Positions 39,184 to 48,487 of a stretch of 64,000 nt of DNA are shown piece by piece. Made by a program: the position numbers and the translations under genes. Position 1 is the first letter of the stretch, and the number at the start of each line of letters is the position of its first letter. Location of the stretch: the NCBI GenBank assembly GCA_041690135.1, contig JAWLHY010000004.1, positions 192,001 through 256,000 on the forward strand, given 5' to 3'. Under the pieces are notes generated by a model that was given only the letters and a program-made list of their open reading frames with translations, had not been told where the DNA came from and searched no databases. The stretch comes from Armatimonadota bacterium. GTDB lineage: Bacteria > Armatimonadota > SYMT01.

Positions 39184-41658
39184 TCACCGGACCGCGGCGG
39201 TGGGGCAAAAGGCGTTCCAATCCAGGCTCCAGATGCCCCGCCCCCAGGTGGCCGCCATCACTCGCCCCGTCTTCCGGACGACCTGCACGTCCATCACCGG
39301 CACGTTTGGCAGCCCGAGTGGACGGGTGCCGTCCTCCCAGGAGACCCCGCCATCCCGAGAGTAGTAAAAGCCGCCATCCGTGCCCACATAGTAGCCGGTA
39401 TGCGGGGGCCGGGGATCCATGGCGACAGCGTTGATCGGCAAGTCCGGAAGGGCAATGTCGGGATCCTCGCCAGTGATCTTTCGCCACGCGGGCGCGTCGC
39501 GGGTGGTGTTGGCGCAGCGCCACAGGTTGGCCCCCCCGGTGCCGGAGAATGCCACCACGACCTCCCATGGCCGGCGCGGATGCACGGCAATCCCACTGAC
39601 GCCGCCCGAGGCCAGGGGGGCCTGCTCCCGGTCGAGCCGCCTCCAGCGCAGGCCCTGATCCGGCGACATCCAGATCTCCCCATCGCGATTGCCGACGTAG
39701 AGGTACCGGTTATGGCTCGGGGCCACTGCGATGTAAGTCAGGGGAGCAGTGCCGCTACTGGAGAGCAACTGGCCACCCAGGCGGGGGGTCCACTCTCGTT
39801 GGGAGGCATCCCAGCGCCAGAGATAAGTCGTGCCGGCGTAGAGGAGGTGTGGCTCCGCGGGATCGAGCGCAATCGGCGCGATGAACTCCCGAGTGTCCGT
39901 GCCCCAGGAGGGATGCCCCGGCCCGTCCGCATAGTCCACCCGCTGCTGGGGAGTGATCTCCGTCCGGGTCGTCCAGCCATCCTGGGTGGTGTAGATGTAG
40001 AGGTCGGCGGAGGTGGCGTATTGCACGCGCGGATTCTCGGGATGGACGGCACAGAAACCCCCATCTCCCAGGCCGGTGACGGCCCATTTCCCCGCTGCCG
40101 TGCGGTAGGGTGAAGCGTTGTCCTGCGCGCCGCCGATCAGCACGTTGCGGTTATCCTTGGCATAGGCGGCCCGGTAGAACTGGGTAATCGTAAGACCGGT
40201 ATTGAGGGAGCCATCGAAACTCCAGCGGTTCCGCGCCGGTTCCACGACGAGGCGGTAGACACCCCCGTCGTTTCCCACCAGGGTCTCATTCGGGTTCTCT
40301 GGATGAATGGCCATGCAGTGCTGGTCCACATGGGTTTCCGCGCGGTCCGTGTACGTCTTCCCCAGCGACTGCCAGGTGGCGCCGCCATCCCACGAAGCCA
40401 CCAGGTCGATGCCACCCACGTACAGGACATCCCCTTTCCGATCCGTCCGCCGGGCGCACGTAAGATGAAAGTTATGATGCGCGGATTGCCAGTGGGCGGG
40501 AATCCGCTGGCCATCCTCCTCCACCTTGGGTCCGCCGGGAAAGTTCCGGGTTAGCTCGGTCCAACTCCGTCCGGCATCCCGGCTCTTCCACACCGCACGA
40601 TCCCGGCCGGAGAGCAGATAGACTGTCATCGGATCTGTCGCGGATGCCGCCAGTTCCAGGCTGTCCTGCAACCCAGACGTGGCCACGTCATTCCGCAGCG
40701 GTGTTTGGAGCTTCTTCCAGTTGCGCCCCTGCGCGTCGGAACGCCACACCTCACCGCCGTGGTACCCAAGCCCGCAGGCGTAGTAGTAGCGACCGCCGCC
40801 AGGGAGCCGCTCACCACAGACGACATCCGACCAATCGGCGCCCTGCGGCACAGCCTTCGCCCAGGTACTCCCACCATCGGTCGAACGCCATACGAAACCT
40901 GACTCGTAGGGGTTCCGGCCCGCCGTCACCGTGAGCGTCTCGGGATCGTCCGGATGCAGCACAATCCGGCGCAGCGAGTAGCCACTCAATGCATCCGCGC
41001 CCGCCACGTCCCAGGTCTTCCCCCCGTCAAGGCTCTTCTGCAGGCCGTAGCCCCAACTGTTCGGCCCATGGTTGAAGTCGCCGGTCCCCACATAGAGCGT
41101 CTTCCCGTCCGGATGCACGGCAATGCTGTTGACGCGGGGGTTGGGCCAATCGTCACTCAAACATTCCCAACGGATCTCGCCCTTCCGTCGCCGCCAGAAC
41201 CCCCCACTCGCGGCGCCCAGATAGAGGGTATCCGGGTCGGCCGGGTTATAGGCCAGCGCGTTCACCCGCCCGCTGACCGGCCCGGGACCGAAGTCTTCCC
41301 GGGTCGGCGCCGGTAGTTCCTCCGGTCCTTCCAACGCCCAGTGGTGGGAACTCGCGAGGACCTGCGGCGGAACCGCCAGCATCCTGAAACCTTCCGCCGT
41401 GGGGCGACGGTCCGGCTTCCGCCCGTAGAACCGCTGGTACACGCGCCAGTCGATCCGGCCCGTGGGGCCGGTCCGCATCCGCTCCCAGTAGCGGCGCGCC
41501 CGGCCATACGGTGCCGGCGGCGCCCCGCCGGGCTGGGAGGCCGGATCCGCACTACTCGCGTACAGCGCCGTGAAGATACCGGCCACCAGCAGGGGACCGG
41601 CCACCCACCGCGCGAGCGGAAGCTTCCGGGACCACGAATAAGGAAGCGATGCGGGCAT
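39184..41658 (-). CDS. Secreted BNR/Asp-box (sortilin/Ycf48-like) double beta-propeller protein
   Basis: SGRVNALA, YLGAASGG.W, repeated S.DGG.TW boxes, HVDQH, GGAQDN, GDGG, AATWGRGIW. Confidence 0.82.
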   Translation of the reverse strand: MPASLPYSWSRKLPLARWVAGPLLVAGIFTALYASSADPASQPGGAPPAPYGRARRYWERMRTGPTGRIDWRVYQRFYGRKPDRRPTAEGFRMLAVPPQVLASSHHWALEGPEELPAPTREDFGPGPVSGRVNALAYNPADPDTLYLGAASGGFWRRRKGEIRWECLSDDWPNPRVNSIAVHPDGKTLYVGTGDFNHGPNSWGYGLQKSLDGGKTWDVAGADALSGYSLRRIVLHPDDPETLTVTAGRNPYESGFVWRSTDGGSTWAKAVPQGADWSDVVCGERLPGGGRYYYACGLGYHGGEVWRSDAQGRNWKKLQTPLRNDVATSGLQDSLELAASATDPMTVYLLSGRDRAVWKSRDAGRSWTELTRNFPGGPKVEEDGQRIPAHWQSAHHNFHLTCARRTDRKGDVLYVGGIDLVASWDGGATWQSLGKTYTDRAETHVDQHCMAIHPENPNETLVGNDGGVYRLVVEPARNRWSFDGSLNTGLTITQFYRAAYAKDNRNVLIGGAQDNASPYRTAAGKWAVTGLGDGGFCAVHPENPRVQYATSADLYIYTTQDGWTTRTEITPQQRVDYADGPGHPSWGTDTREFIAPIALDPAEPHLLYAGTTYLWRWDASQREWTPRLGGQLLSSSGTAPLTYIAVAPSHNRYLYVGNRDGEIWMSPDQGLRWRRLDREQAPLASGGVSGIAVHPRRPWEVVVAFSGTGGANLWRCANTTRDAPAWRKITGEDPDIALPDLPINAVAMDPRPPHTGYYVGTDGGFYYSRDGGVSWEDGTRPLGLPNVPVMDVQVVRKTGRVMAATWGRGIWSLDWNAFCPTAAVR

Positions 41659-41777
41659 AGTTAGAGTCCGAGATAGGGGGCGGCGCGTCTTGGGAGGCGG
41701 CGGGCTGCAGTCGTCGAACAGCCAGGATCGGCGGGCGCGGAGGCTCCACCACACCCGCCGATCCTGGCCGGAACCGA

Positions 41778-42917
41778 TCAGGGGATCTCACCCTCACCGG
41801 CAGGAGGCACTGGAAGGCGCAATCGCCCGAAGGCGCCTACAACCTCGATGCCTTCAGTACCCCTAACGCCGTCCAACGGCAATGAAACGTTGTAGGGGGT
41901 CATCACGGGAAGACCGATTCCCGGAAGGAAGCCCACCACCTCGATCTCCCAGAACTCGGGCTGCCGCACGTAGATCCGCGGGACGAGTTCCACCCGCATG
42001 TTGAGGTACGGCTTCATCCCATAAACCATCAACAGGTACGTGTCCTTGACAATGCCTCCCACCACCTGTGCATCATCGAAATCGATGAGCCGGACGGACT
42101 GGGACTGCGGGCAAGACTGGAAGTCCTCACCAGTCACCGCTATCCGTAGCCGGGGCCGTGGCAGTGCGCCCGGTGTGCCGACAGCTTCCGCAGGCGCCAG
42201 GAGCCGGTGGTGTGGACCGTGACCCTGATCCGCCATGTGCTCCTCCGCCTGCCGAAGCGCCGCGACATATTCGGGGTCGTTCTCCGCGAGTCCCCGCACC
42301 TCACGGTACTCCGACCACCGGTTATCGATCCAGCCGTGGAGACGCCAGAAGATCTGATTCCCCAGGTTCCGCTCGGGATTTCCCATATCCACGTCGCTGT
42401 CCGGATCGGCGAAGCGCCCGTGCAAGTAATTGTGAATGCCGGCGGACGGATCCGGATCCAGCCGGAACGGGTTTCCGGGAGTGGGCCGCGATCTCGTCTG
42501 GATGTAGTTGCCCAGGGCATCGTCACTGGCGAAAGTGTTGAGCTGTTCGTGGAGACGGCGGACCGCATCCGCCATGTTGCGTTCAAACTCCGGGGAGCCG
42601 CCCCCAGGGACCGGGTTCGCGGGATCATCGGGATCGGTCGGGGGAACGTCCCACCCGTCGAAGAGCGAGGCGTGGCGGGGAAACCGCTCGCGAAGCTGGC
42701 GAATCATCACCCGGTGCATCGCCAGGAAGTCCAGCCCGTTGCCCGGAGCCCCTTCCTGGGGTGCCACACGCTGCCAGCCCTGCTGTCGCGCCCACTGGCG
42801 CGCCGACGCGGACAGCGTGTCCCACCGGCGCTCAACATGCCAGCGAAGATGGTGAGTGTTCCAATTCTGTTGGTCGAGAAACGCGCGAATCTCCTGCGGC
42901 ATCAACGGATCTGCCAT
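41778..42917 (-). CDS. Type-3 dicopper (tyrosinase/phenoloxidase/hemocyanin-like) protein with C-terminal beta domain
   Basis: CuA HHLRWH...GLDFLAMHR; CuB IHNYLH...MG...IFWRLHGWID; GGAGG RBS. Confidence 0.78.
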   Translation of the reverse strand: MADPLMPQEIRAFLDQQNWNTHHLRWHVERRWDTLSASARQWARQQGWQRVAPQEGAPGNGLDFLAMHRVMIRQLRERFPRHASLFDGWDVPPTDPDDPANPVPGGGSPEFERNMADAVRRLHEQLNTFASDDALGNYIQTRSRPTPGNPFRLDPDPSAGIHNYLHGRFADPDSDVDMGNPERNLGNQIFWRLHGWIDNRWSEYREVRGLAENDPEYVAALRQAEEHMADQGHGPHHRLLAPAEAVGTPGALPRPRLRIAVTGEDFQSCPQSQSVRLIDFDDAQVVGGIVKDTYLLMVYGMKPYLNMRVELVPRIYVRQPEFWEIEVVGFLPGIGLPVMTPYNVSLPLDGVRGTEGIEVVGAFGRLRLPVPPAGEGEIP

Positions 42918-42979
42918 AAGTCACCTCCGGGTAGCGGCAGCAAGCATCCCACTCTCGGGCTGGCCTGCCGGTATACAGC

Positions 42980-43007
42980 AGTACACCGGCAAGCCGTCGA
43001 GTTTTCA
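42980..43007 (-). promoter_or_regulatory. Putative ECF promoter A (TGAAAA-N16-TGTACT) upstream of the dicopper gene
   Basis: Same spacing and flanks as the sites at 46861 and 58074; about 60 nt before ATG 42917. Confidence 0.65.
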
Positions 43008-43195
43008 CGTAAAGCGCAAGAGAATGCCGCCAGGCTGACGTCGAAGTCCACGATCCAAGCCACCGCTTCCGATTCTCGGAAATGCGCGGCGGTCCGTCTG
43101 GAGCACAGCCCCAGCGATAGAAGTATGCTTCGAACTCACCTCGACACAGGCTTCTGCCGGCCTGGCGAACACTCTGGACCACTTCTACTAGATCA

Positions 43196-45346
43196 CTACT
43201 GCTTCTTCACCCTGTTTTCCAGAAGGGTATTCAAGCCGGACTTGAAGCCCTGCACGTCACTAGGCTTTGCTGGCGTGGCCCCCGGCCCGATGGGGCCACC
43301 TTGATAGAAACGTGTCATATACAGCGAGCGCGGCTGGATAACGGCATTCGCCAGAATGACACTCTCGTGATGCGTTCTCTTGTTGCCCCGAGGTAGCTGG
43401 AACACGGGACCGATGAGAGGCAAACGGCCCAGGATGGGAATGTAGTGCGGTGCCTGCGGATGAGAGGTAGCCAGAGAGAAAGATGAGACATCGAAGAGAT
43501 CGAAAGCCGTCACCGTTGTGTCCGTCACGACCTGGTGGCTCTTTACGGCATCCGCAGGCCGCGCGGGTTTAAGGTCTGGTCGTTCCTCCCCAAGCACCGA
43601 GGTTTCCACACCGAAACGGAAGTTGAGCTGAAGCCTGGCGGACTGCTCATCGGGAAGTACAGATGGCACTACTTTCACTTCCACGCCCGGAGCCACACTC
43701 GTAAACCTAGGCTGGACGTCCGAAAGAATAGCACTACCCAGCAGAAGAGCCTGCGCCTGTGGCAGAGGCGCAAGTAACTGCTGAAGCCCACTCAACTGTC
43801 CCAAAGCATCACCACCGGGCGCTCGGTTGGCAGAGCTGGGAGTAGTCTTAGTAGTTTTTGTCACGCTCCCATCCGGGGCGGTCACCTCAGTGACTTCAGT
43901 CGTTGGAGTGACACTAACCTTGGGGTGTGTTGCATCGAGAAGATCCGTTCCGAATGGCCTCGGAAGGGTAGCGTCCACGAACGCCACCACCTCTGGGCGC
44001 AGGAATGCATCAGCTCGATGAGCCACGGAGATGCGAGTGGTTCCGCCCAACGCCACGCCACCGCCACGGATTTGCCGCTTCTGGATGCGCGAAAGGAGGG
44101 GCTGCAAGAAGAGTTCCTGCATGTCGGCGGTCCAAGTGTCCATCAGCCCTTTCAGTAGGCGGTCAACCGCAGCGGCTTGCTGGTTCAACTCTGCGGGCTG
44201 CTGCTCGAGGAACGGGAGATGCTCCTCCTTCAAACCTGTAGGGGGCATGGGAAAGGTGTCATTCACGTACTCAAGGAAGGAACTATAACCTTCCAGAGCT
44301 AAAACGAAATCTTCTACTCCTGCCCGGTCAGCGTCAACCTGATCCTTCGAGAGTGCCTGCTGCAGCCTGCGAAAGGGCTGAACCCCTATGCTCTTCCCAA
44401 GTGCACTGTACTCGTTGGCCAACGCCTTTGCCAGTTGGTCTCGCTCCTCTGACAGTCCCAAGAACACCAAGGCTTCAATAAGCGAAAGAGGCCGGTCGAC
44501 ACTGGATACAAACCCCTGTGCCTCGAGCTTATTAAATAGTTTATCATTGTTGAATAAGGCACTATTCTGCTTAAGCACCTTGAGAAGTGCGATGTGGGCT
44601 CCGTGGAGATGCTCCCGAGTATCCCGGATATCACGAGTAATGTCGCGGGTCTCCTCGCTAACGCGGTCCGCATCTCCGCTAACTTGCACTGCCCACATTT
44701 CCAGTTGAACCTGCGGTGCCGGGGCATCGAGGCTATGGATGAAGCTACGGATCTGCAGGACTGTCCGTTTGGGGGCCTTGATCCACAGGTTATACCGATC
44801 GTGAAATGCTACCGGCTTCTTGTCAGTCCCGTAAACGGCGTTGAGAATCGTCGTCAGCAACTCCATCGCGACCTGCGAAGAGACGGCAGATCCCGTCCCA
44901 CCCGGAACAATGGTCAGGGGAATGAGTTCCCGGGTGATCGGGTTTGACTTCTCGTCCTCGACATCCTTGACCGTCCGTACCTGCAACTTGTCAAGATTGA
45001 GATGGACCTTGGCGTCAAGATGGTGCTTCTTTAACGCTGCCACTGCGAGCCTCTTGACCTGCTCCTTGGGGTCTTGCCCTGCTTTGGGGGGCGGCAGAAT
45101 CCCCGAGAGCACCGCCACGTAGTTCTCACCGGGCAAGACAAATACCTCAACCGCCACATCCGGTTGGTTGATACCAAGTTCCAATAGCTGGATGATGCCC
45201 GCCACGTACTTCTGGTCGGCCTCCGCAGCCCACACAGCCTGTCCTGTAGGTACTCCGGAGAGTGGGGGAAGAGCAGCCAACACCAGAAGAGATCCAGCCA
45301 ATGCTACGCCAAAGGCAGCTTTTGGCGACTTGCGAGGATGCGACAT
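43196..45346 (-). CDS. Divergent orphan secretin (N3 + secretin domain with large helical insertion)
   Basis: Signal peptide; NLWIKAP...IHSLDAPAPQVQLEMWAVQVS; C-terminal IPILGRLPLIGPVF...ESVILANAVI. Confidence 0.68.
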   Translation of the reverse strand: MSHPRKSPKAAFGVALAGSLLVLAALPPLSGVPTGQAVWAAEADQKYVAGIIQLLELGINQPDVAVEVFVLPGENYVAVLSGILPPPKAGQDPKEQVKRLAVAALKKHHLDAKVHLNLDKLQVRTVKDVEDEKSNPITRELIPLTIVPGGTGSAVSSQVAMELLTTILNAVYGTDKKPVAFHDRYNLWIKAPKRTVLQIRSFIHSLDAPAPQVQLEMWAVQVSGDADRVSEETRDITRDIRDTREHLHGAHIALLKVLKQNSALFNNDKLFNKLEAQGFVSSVDRPLSLIEALVFLGLSEERDQLAKALANEYSALGKSIGVQPFRRLQQALSKDQVDADRAGVEDFVLALEGYSSFLEYVNDTFPMPPTGLKEEHLPFLEQQPAELNQQAAAVDRLLKGLMDTWTADMQELFLQPLLSRIQKRQIRGGGVALGGTTRISVAHRADAFLRPEVVAFVDATLPRPFGTDLLDATHPKVSVTPTTEVTEVTAPDGSVTKTTKTTPSSANRAPGGDALGQLSGLQQLLAPLPQAQALLLGSAILSDVQPRFTSVAPGVEVKVVPSVLPDEQSARLQLNFRFGVETSVLGEERPDLKPARPADAVKSHQVVTDTTVTAFDLFDVSSFSLATSHPQAPHYIPILGRLPLIGPVFQLPRGNKRTHHESVILANAVIQPRSLYMTRFYQGGPIGPGATPAKPSDVQGFKSGLNTLLENRVKKQ

Positions 45347-45411
45347 GTGTTCTCCTTATCTAGGTGCTCACTCGTATGAGTTGAGCATTTGAGGCAAGCC
45401 ACGGTATGCGT

Positions 45412-46374
45412 TCAGGGGATCCGACCCCGAAAGTAGACTTCCACATGGGGGCTGCGTGCGACTTCATCGGGAGCGACTGCGGGACGAACGACGTTCCGAA
45501 CCATCCAATTCGACCAGCGGCGTGCAATCACAGCGTGGTAGAGGGGATCATTACTGTCCACATCAAACCCAATATGGTCATACATCTTCCAAACAAGCTG
45601 TGAGCAGTAGAGCCGGCGGTTGGTGTGCTTGTCCCAGAAGAAGAAGTTATAGGGCGTGTGTCCTCCCGACCTGAAGGTCGTCAATGCGCGACTGAGTGCC
45701 AGGGGTATTTGCGGCCGAACTTCCGCCGCACGGCAACGCCCAAACGCAATCACAGCCCCTTTACGTTTCTTCCAGTCATCCAAGAGATGGTGATTCACAC
45801 CATCGTGGAAATTCGATTCATATACTTTCGGCGGGGTCCCGCCGGCAAAGACCCCCACATGCCCGTATTGATCGGCCCAAGACCAGTTTTTGGAACTGTC
45901 GCCGTCTCGGATAAAGATGAGGTCTCCTACTTCTAACTGGTTGTAGTTGGGAGCAACGTTTGGCGAAGGAGCCATCGCCATCGCCGAGAGAAAGCTCATA
46001 TCGAGTGCCGACTTACTCTCTTCCTGGCGGAGAAGACCCTCAATGGCAGTTACACGCGTGAGGATAGTCTCAATCTCTTCGTGTGGAATATCGCTCTGCA
46101 GGCGCGCCACCAGCATTTTGGCCTCGTCCCGCAGTTCACTCTCACGTTCGCTTGGAGGGATGCGGTTTGCTGTGTTTAATGCCAGCGCTGCTATATCCGG
46201 GGCGACCCCCCGCCCAGGATAAGCCTGGACGCGCGCTACCTCGTTTGCAATCCTCCGAATGTCACTCCGGATACGCGACGATTCGACAGTCTCGGGTGAG
46301 AAATGTGTACTTCCCGCCTGCGTGGCGATTCCCACCAAGACTGCGAAGCACATCACAGCATTCTTCCCCTGCAT
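45412..46374 (-). CDS. Secreted permuted NlpC/P60 (YiiX/YebB-like) papain-fold amidase
   Basis: LEVGDLIF...YGHVGVF...PYN...YCSQLVWKMY (His before Cys); signal peptide; AGGAGAG RBS. Confidence 0.82.
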   Translation of the reverse strand: MQGKNAVMCFAVLVGIATQAGSTHFSPETVESSRIRSDIRRIANEVARVQAYPGRGVAPDIAALALNTANRIPPSERESELRDEAKMLVARLQSDIPHEEIETILTRVTAIEGLLRQEESKSALDMSFLSAMAMAPSPNVAPNYNQLEVGDLIFIRDGDSSKNWSWADQYGHVGVFAGGTPPKVYESNFHDGVNHHLLDDWKKRKGAVIAFGRCRAAEVRPQIPLALSRALTTFRSGGHTPYNFFFWDKHTNRRLYCSQLVWKMYDHIGFDVDSNDPLYHAVIARRWSNWMVRNVVRPAVAPDEVARSPHVEVYFRGRIP

Positions 46375-46458
46375 TTCCGTCTCTCCTCTGGCGGAACTTC
46401 AAATCGATCTTTTCCACACGCAGGCCCGCCTAGCAGCCCGCCAATCCAGGCAGGTAGG

Positions 46459-46620
46459 CTACCAACCACTAAGAGTAGGGCAGATCGGACTACCAGTGCA
46501 GCCTGACTTGGTAGGCGTCGCCCAGGTGGGGAGAAACTGTGAGTGTCGTCGTGGCACCCTGGATGGACTTGAATTCCCGCCGAGTTGCGGAGTTACGCTG
46601 CGCTTCTGTGTTGCGCTCAC
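46459..46620 (-). CDS. Candidate 53-aa small ORF
   Basis: GGAGG-6 nt-GTG; MSATQKRSVTPQLGGNSSPSRVPRRHSQFLPTWATPTKSGCTGSPICPTLSGW; 55 nt downstream of promoter D; no family recognised. Confidence 0.3.
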   Translation of the reverse strand: MSATQKRSVTPQLGGNSSPSRVPRRHSQFLPTWATPTKSGCTGSPICPTLSGW

Positions 46621-46675
46621 TTCCCACCTCCCGTGTCCGTCCCGGCCACTTGCCCCTCAGGCCGAGCCAATCAGC

Positions 46676-46703
46676 AGTACGCCAAGAAGCTCCGAGGATT
46701 TTA
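46676..46703 (-). promoter_or_regulatory. Putative degenerate ECF promoter D (TAAAAT-N16-CGTACT)
   Basis: -10 element GG-CGTACT identical to sites B and C; -35 matches 4/6. Confidence 0.45.
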
Positions 46704-46860
46704 TCGCCAATAAGATTTCTCATCGGGCAAACAACCGGAGGGAACCTTACTCGGGAAGCAGAAAGAGAGGAGAGTGGATGTTTTGGGGTGGTGCACCTTC
46801 GCCGGAACCTGACGAACGCTCCGCCGGGCAGGCCCGAAGCGCAAGATTTGCGGGCGGGCG

Positions 46861-46888
46861 TGAAAAACTTCGGTGGCGCCGGCGTACT
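46861..46888 (+). promoter_or_regulatory. Putative autoregulatory ECF promoter B (TGAAAA-N16-CGTACT)
   Basis: 41 nt before the sigma ATG; resembles the SigW-type TGAAAC-N16-CGTA architecture. Confidence 0.72.
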
Positions 46889-46929
46889 ACGGTTCAGCAC
46901 GGGGGAGACGACCCGGGAGACGGAATCCG

Positions 46930-47508
46930 ATGGTGGAGGAGAGAGACTGCGAGCCGAGCCGGGTGAGTGACGAAGCGCTGATGGCGGCGTTCTACGAAGG
47001 CTCGGAGACGGCATTCCAGGCTCTGTCGGAGCAGTGGTGGCCGCGACTCTTCGGATATTTCCGCCGCAGAGGGGTCGGCGCCGAAGATGCGGAGGACCTG
47101 GCGCTGCAGACGCTGGTGAAGCTGTACGTGACCCGGGAACGGCGGAAGTTTGACGTCAACCTGCCGCTCGCCCCGTTCTTGTTCACCGTGGCGTACCGAC
47201 TGTATCAGGGATGGCTGCGAGACCAGGAACGAAACCCTGCCGGAGTGCCTCTCGTCGAGGCACTCGACCTGGCATCCGCACCGGAAGACCGGCACACCGG
47301 GCTCTCCGCGGACGTGCTCCACTGCATCGAGCGGCTACCGGAAGCAGAACAACTCTACGTGCAACTCTGTGCCCGGCATGGATTGGGGGACCTCTCCCAC
47401 AACGAAATCGCGGTCGTCATGGAGAAGTGGCCCGCGCAGATAACCCAGATCAGCAAGCGAACGCAGGCGCTGCTCCGGCAATGCCTGGAAAAGAAGGGCT
47501 ACCGGTAG
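46930..47508 (+). CDS. ECF sigma-70 factor
   Basis: SDEALM...AFQAL...AEDAEDLALQTLVKLY...FLFTVAYR (region 2); IERLPEAEQ...LSHNEIA (region 4). Confidence 0.85.
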   Translation: MVEERDCEPSRVSDEALMAAFYEGSETAFQALSEQWWPRLFGYFRRRGVGAEDAEDLALQTLVKLYVTRERRKFDVNLPLAPFLFTVAYRLYQGWLRDQERNPAGVPLVEALDLASAPEDRHTGLSADVLHCIERLPEAEQLYVQLCARHGLGDLSHNEIAVVMEKWPAQITQISKRTQALLRQCLEKKGYR

Positions 47509-47555
47509 GAACGATCCGCCGTGGGTGACTTCGTGACAAGAGAGTGATTGCCCCC

Positions 47556-48446
47556 ATGGATAATGAAATGCTGGAGGGTGTGCTGCGCGCGTTACGGGCA
47601 AGGCTGGGGGAGGTTGGCCCCAGTGGGCCAGTGTTCGCTGACGGTTGCCTGACTTTCGGACGGGCGCGCGCCCTGGCCCTGGATCCGGAACGGATGACGG
47701 CCCAGGAACAATCGCACCTGGAAACTTGTCGGCGTTGCCTGACGCTACTGACGAGTTTCCTCCGTGACCTTCCCCACCTACCCTACTGGGTTCTCTTGCG
47801 CAAACGGCTGAACCTGTTGTCGCCTCAGGAACAACGGTGGGTGGAGTATCACCTGGTTTCGGGAGGCTGCCGGAAATGCCGGAACCGGGATGAGCGGGTG
47901 GCTGGAAGCCCGAACTTCCCCTTACTGCTCCCCGCTCCCAGGCAGCTTCCACACCCGGCCGAAGCGCGGGCGGCGGTACCGGAGCCGGAGGTCCTGGTGC
48001 GCGGAAAGGGGGAGAATCTCGAAGCGGAGCTCGTGCTAGATCGGGACCAGCTCAGTCTGGAGATCCGCACCCGCGCCGAGGCATTGCATTACACGCTCGT
48101 CACCTATGCGTTTCAGGACGCGACGGGCGAGGCGCTCCTCGACGGCTATGCCGTGCTGGGCCCCGACGTGGACGGCTGGTTCTCTGCCGAGATTCCGCTG
48201 AATCCGCGTCAGTTCCGCGAGGAGGTCTTTAAGATGTGCCGGCACCTGGCGCTCGCAGCGGTGCTGCCGGGGGGGCTCTCCGACGAGGAGTGGCGCGCGG
48301 TGGAGGCCGCAGCGCCCACCCAGGCGGGGGAATTGCAGACCCGGTCCGCGTGGCAGGTGTGGGCCAGCCGCACCCTGCTGTCCGGAGCTTCCCTTTCCGA
48401 AGCGGCAATCCGGGCACTCAGCCACCTCGCGGACATACGCGCTTAG
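47556..48446 (+). CDS. Putative soluble anti-sigma factor with two ZAS/zf-HC2 motifs
   Basis: HLETCRRC and HLVSGGCRKC; directly after the ECF gene; no TM; alternative GTG start at 47544. Confidence 0.65.
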   Translation: MDNEMLEGVLRALRARLGEVGPSGPVFADGCLTFGRARALALDPERMTAQEQSHLETCRRCLTLLTSFLRDLPHLPYWVLLRKRLNLLSPQEQRWVEYHLVSGGCRKCRNRDERVAGSPNFPLLLPAPRQLPHPAEARAAVPEPEVLVRGKGENLEAELVLDRDQLSLEIRTRAEALHYTLVTYAFQDATGEALLDGYAVLGPDVDGWFSAEIPLNPRQFREEVFKMCRHLALAAVLPGGLSDEEWRAVEAAAPTQAGELQTRSAWQVWASRTLLSGASLSEAAIRALSHLADIRA

Positions 48447-48487
48447 TCACTCTTTCCAGGTCGCAGGGAAACGCGGAACGGAAGACC

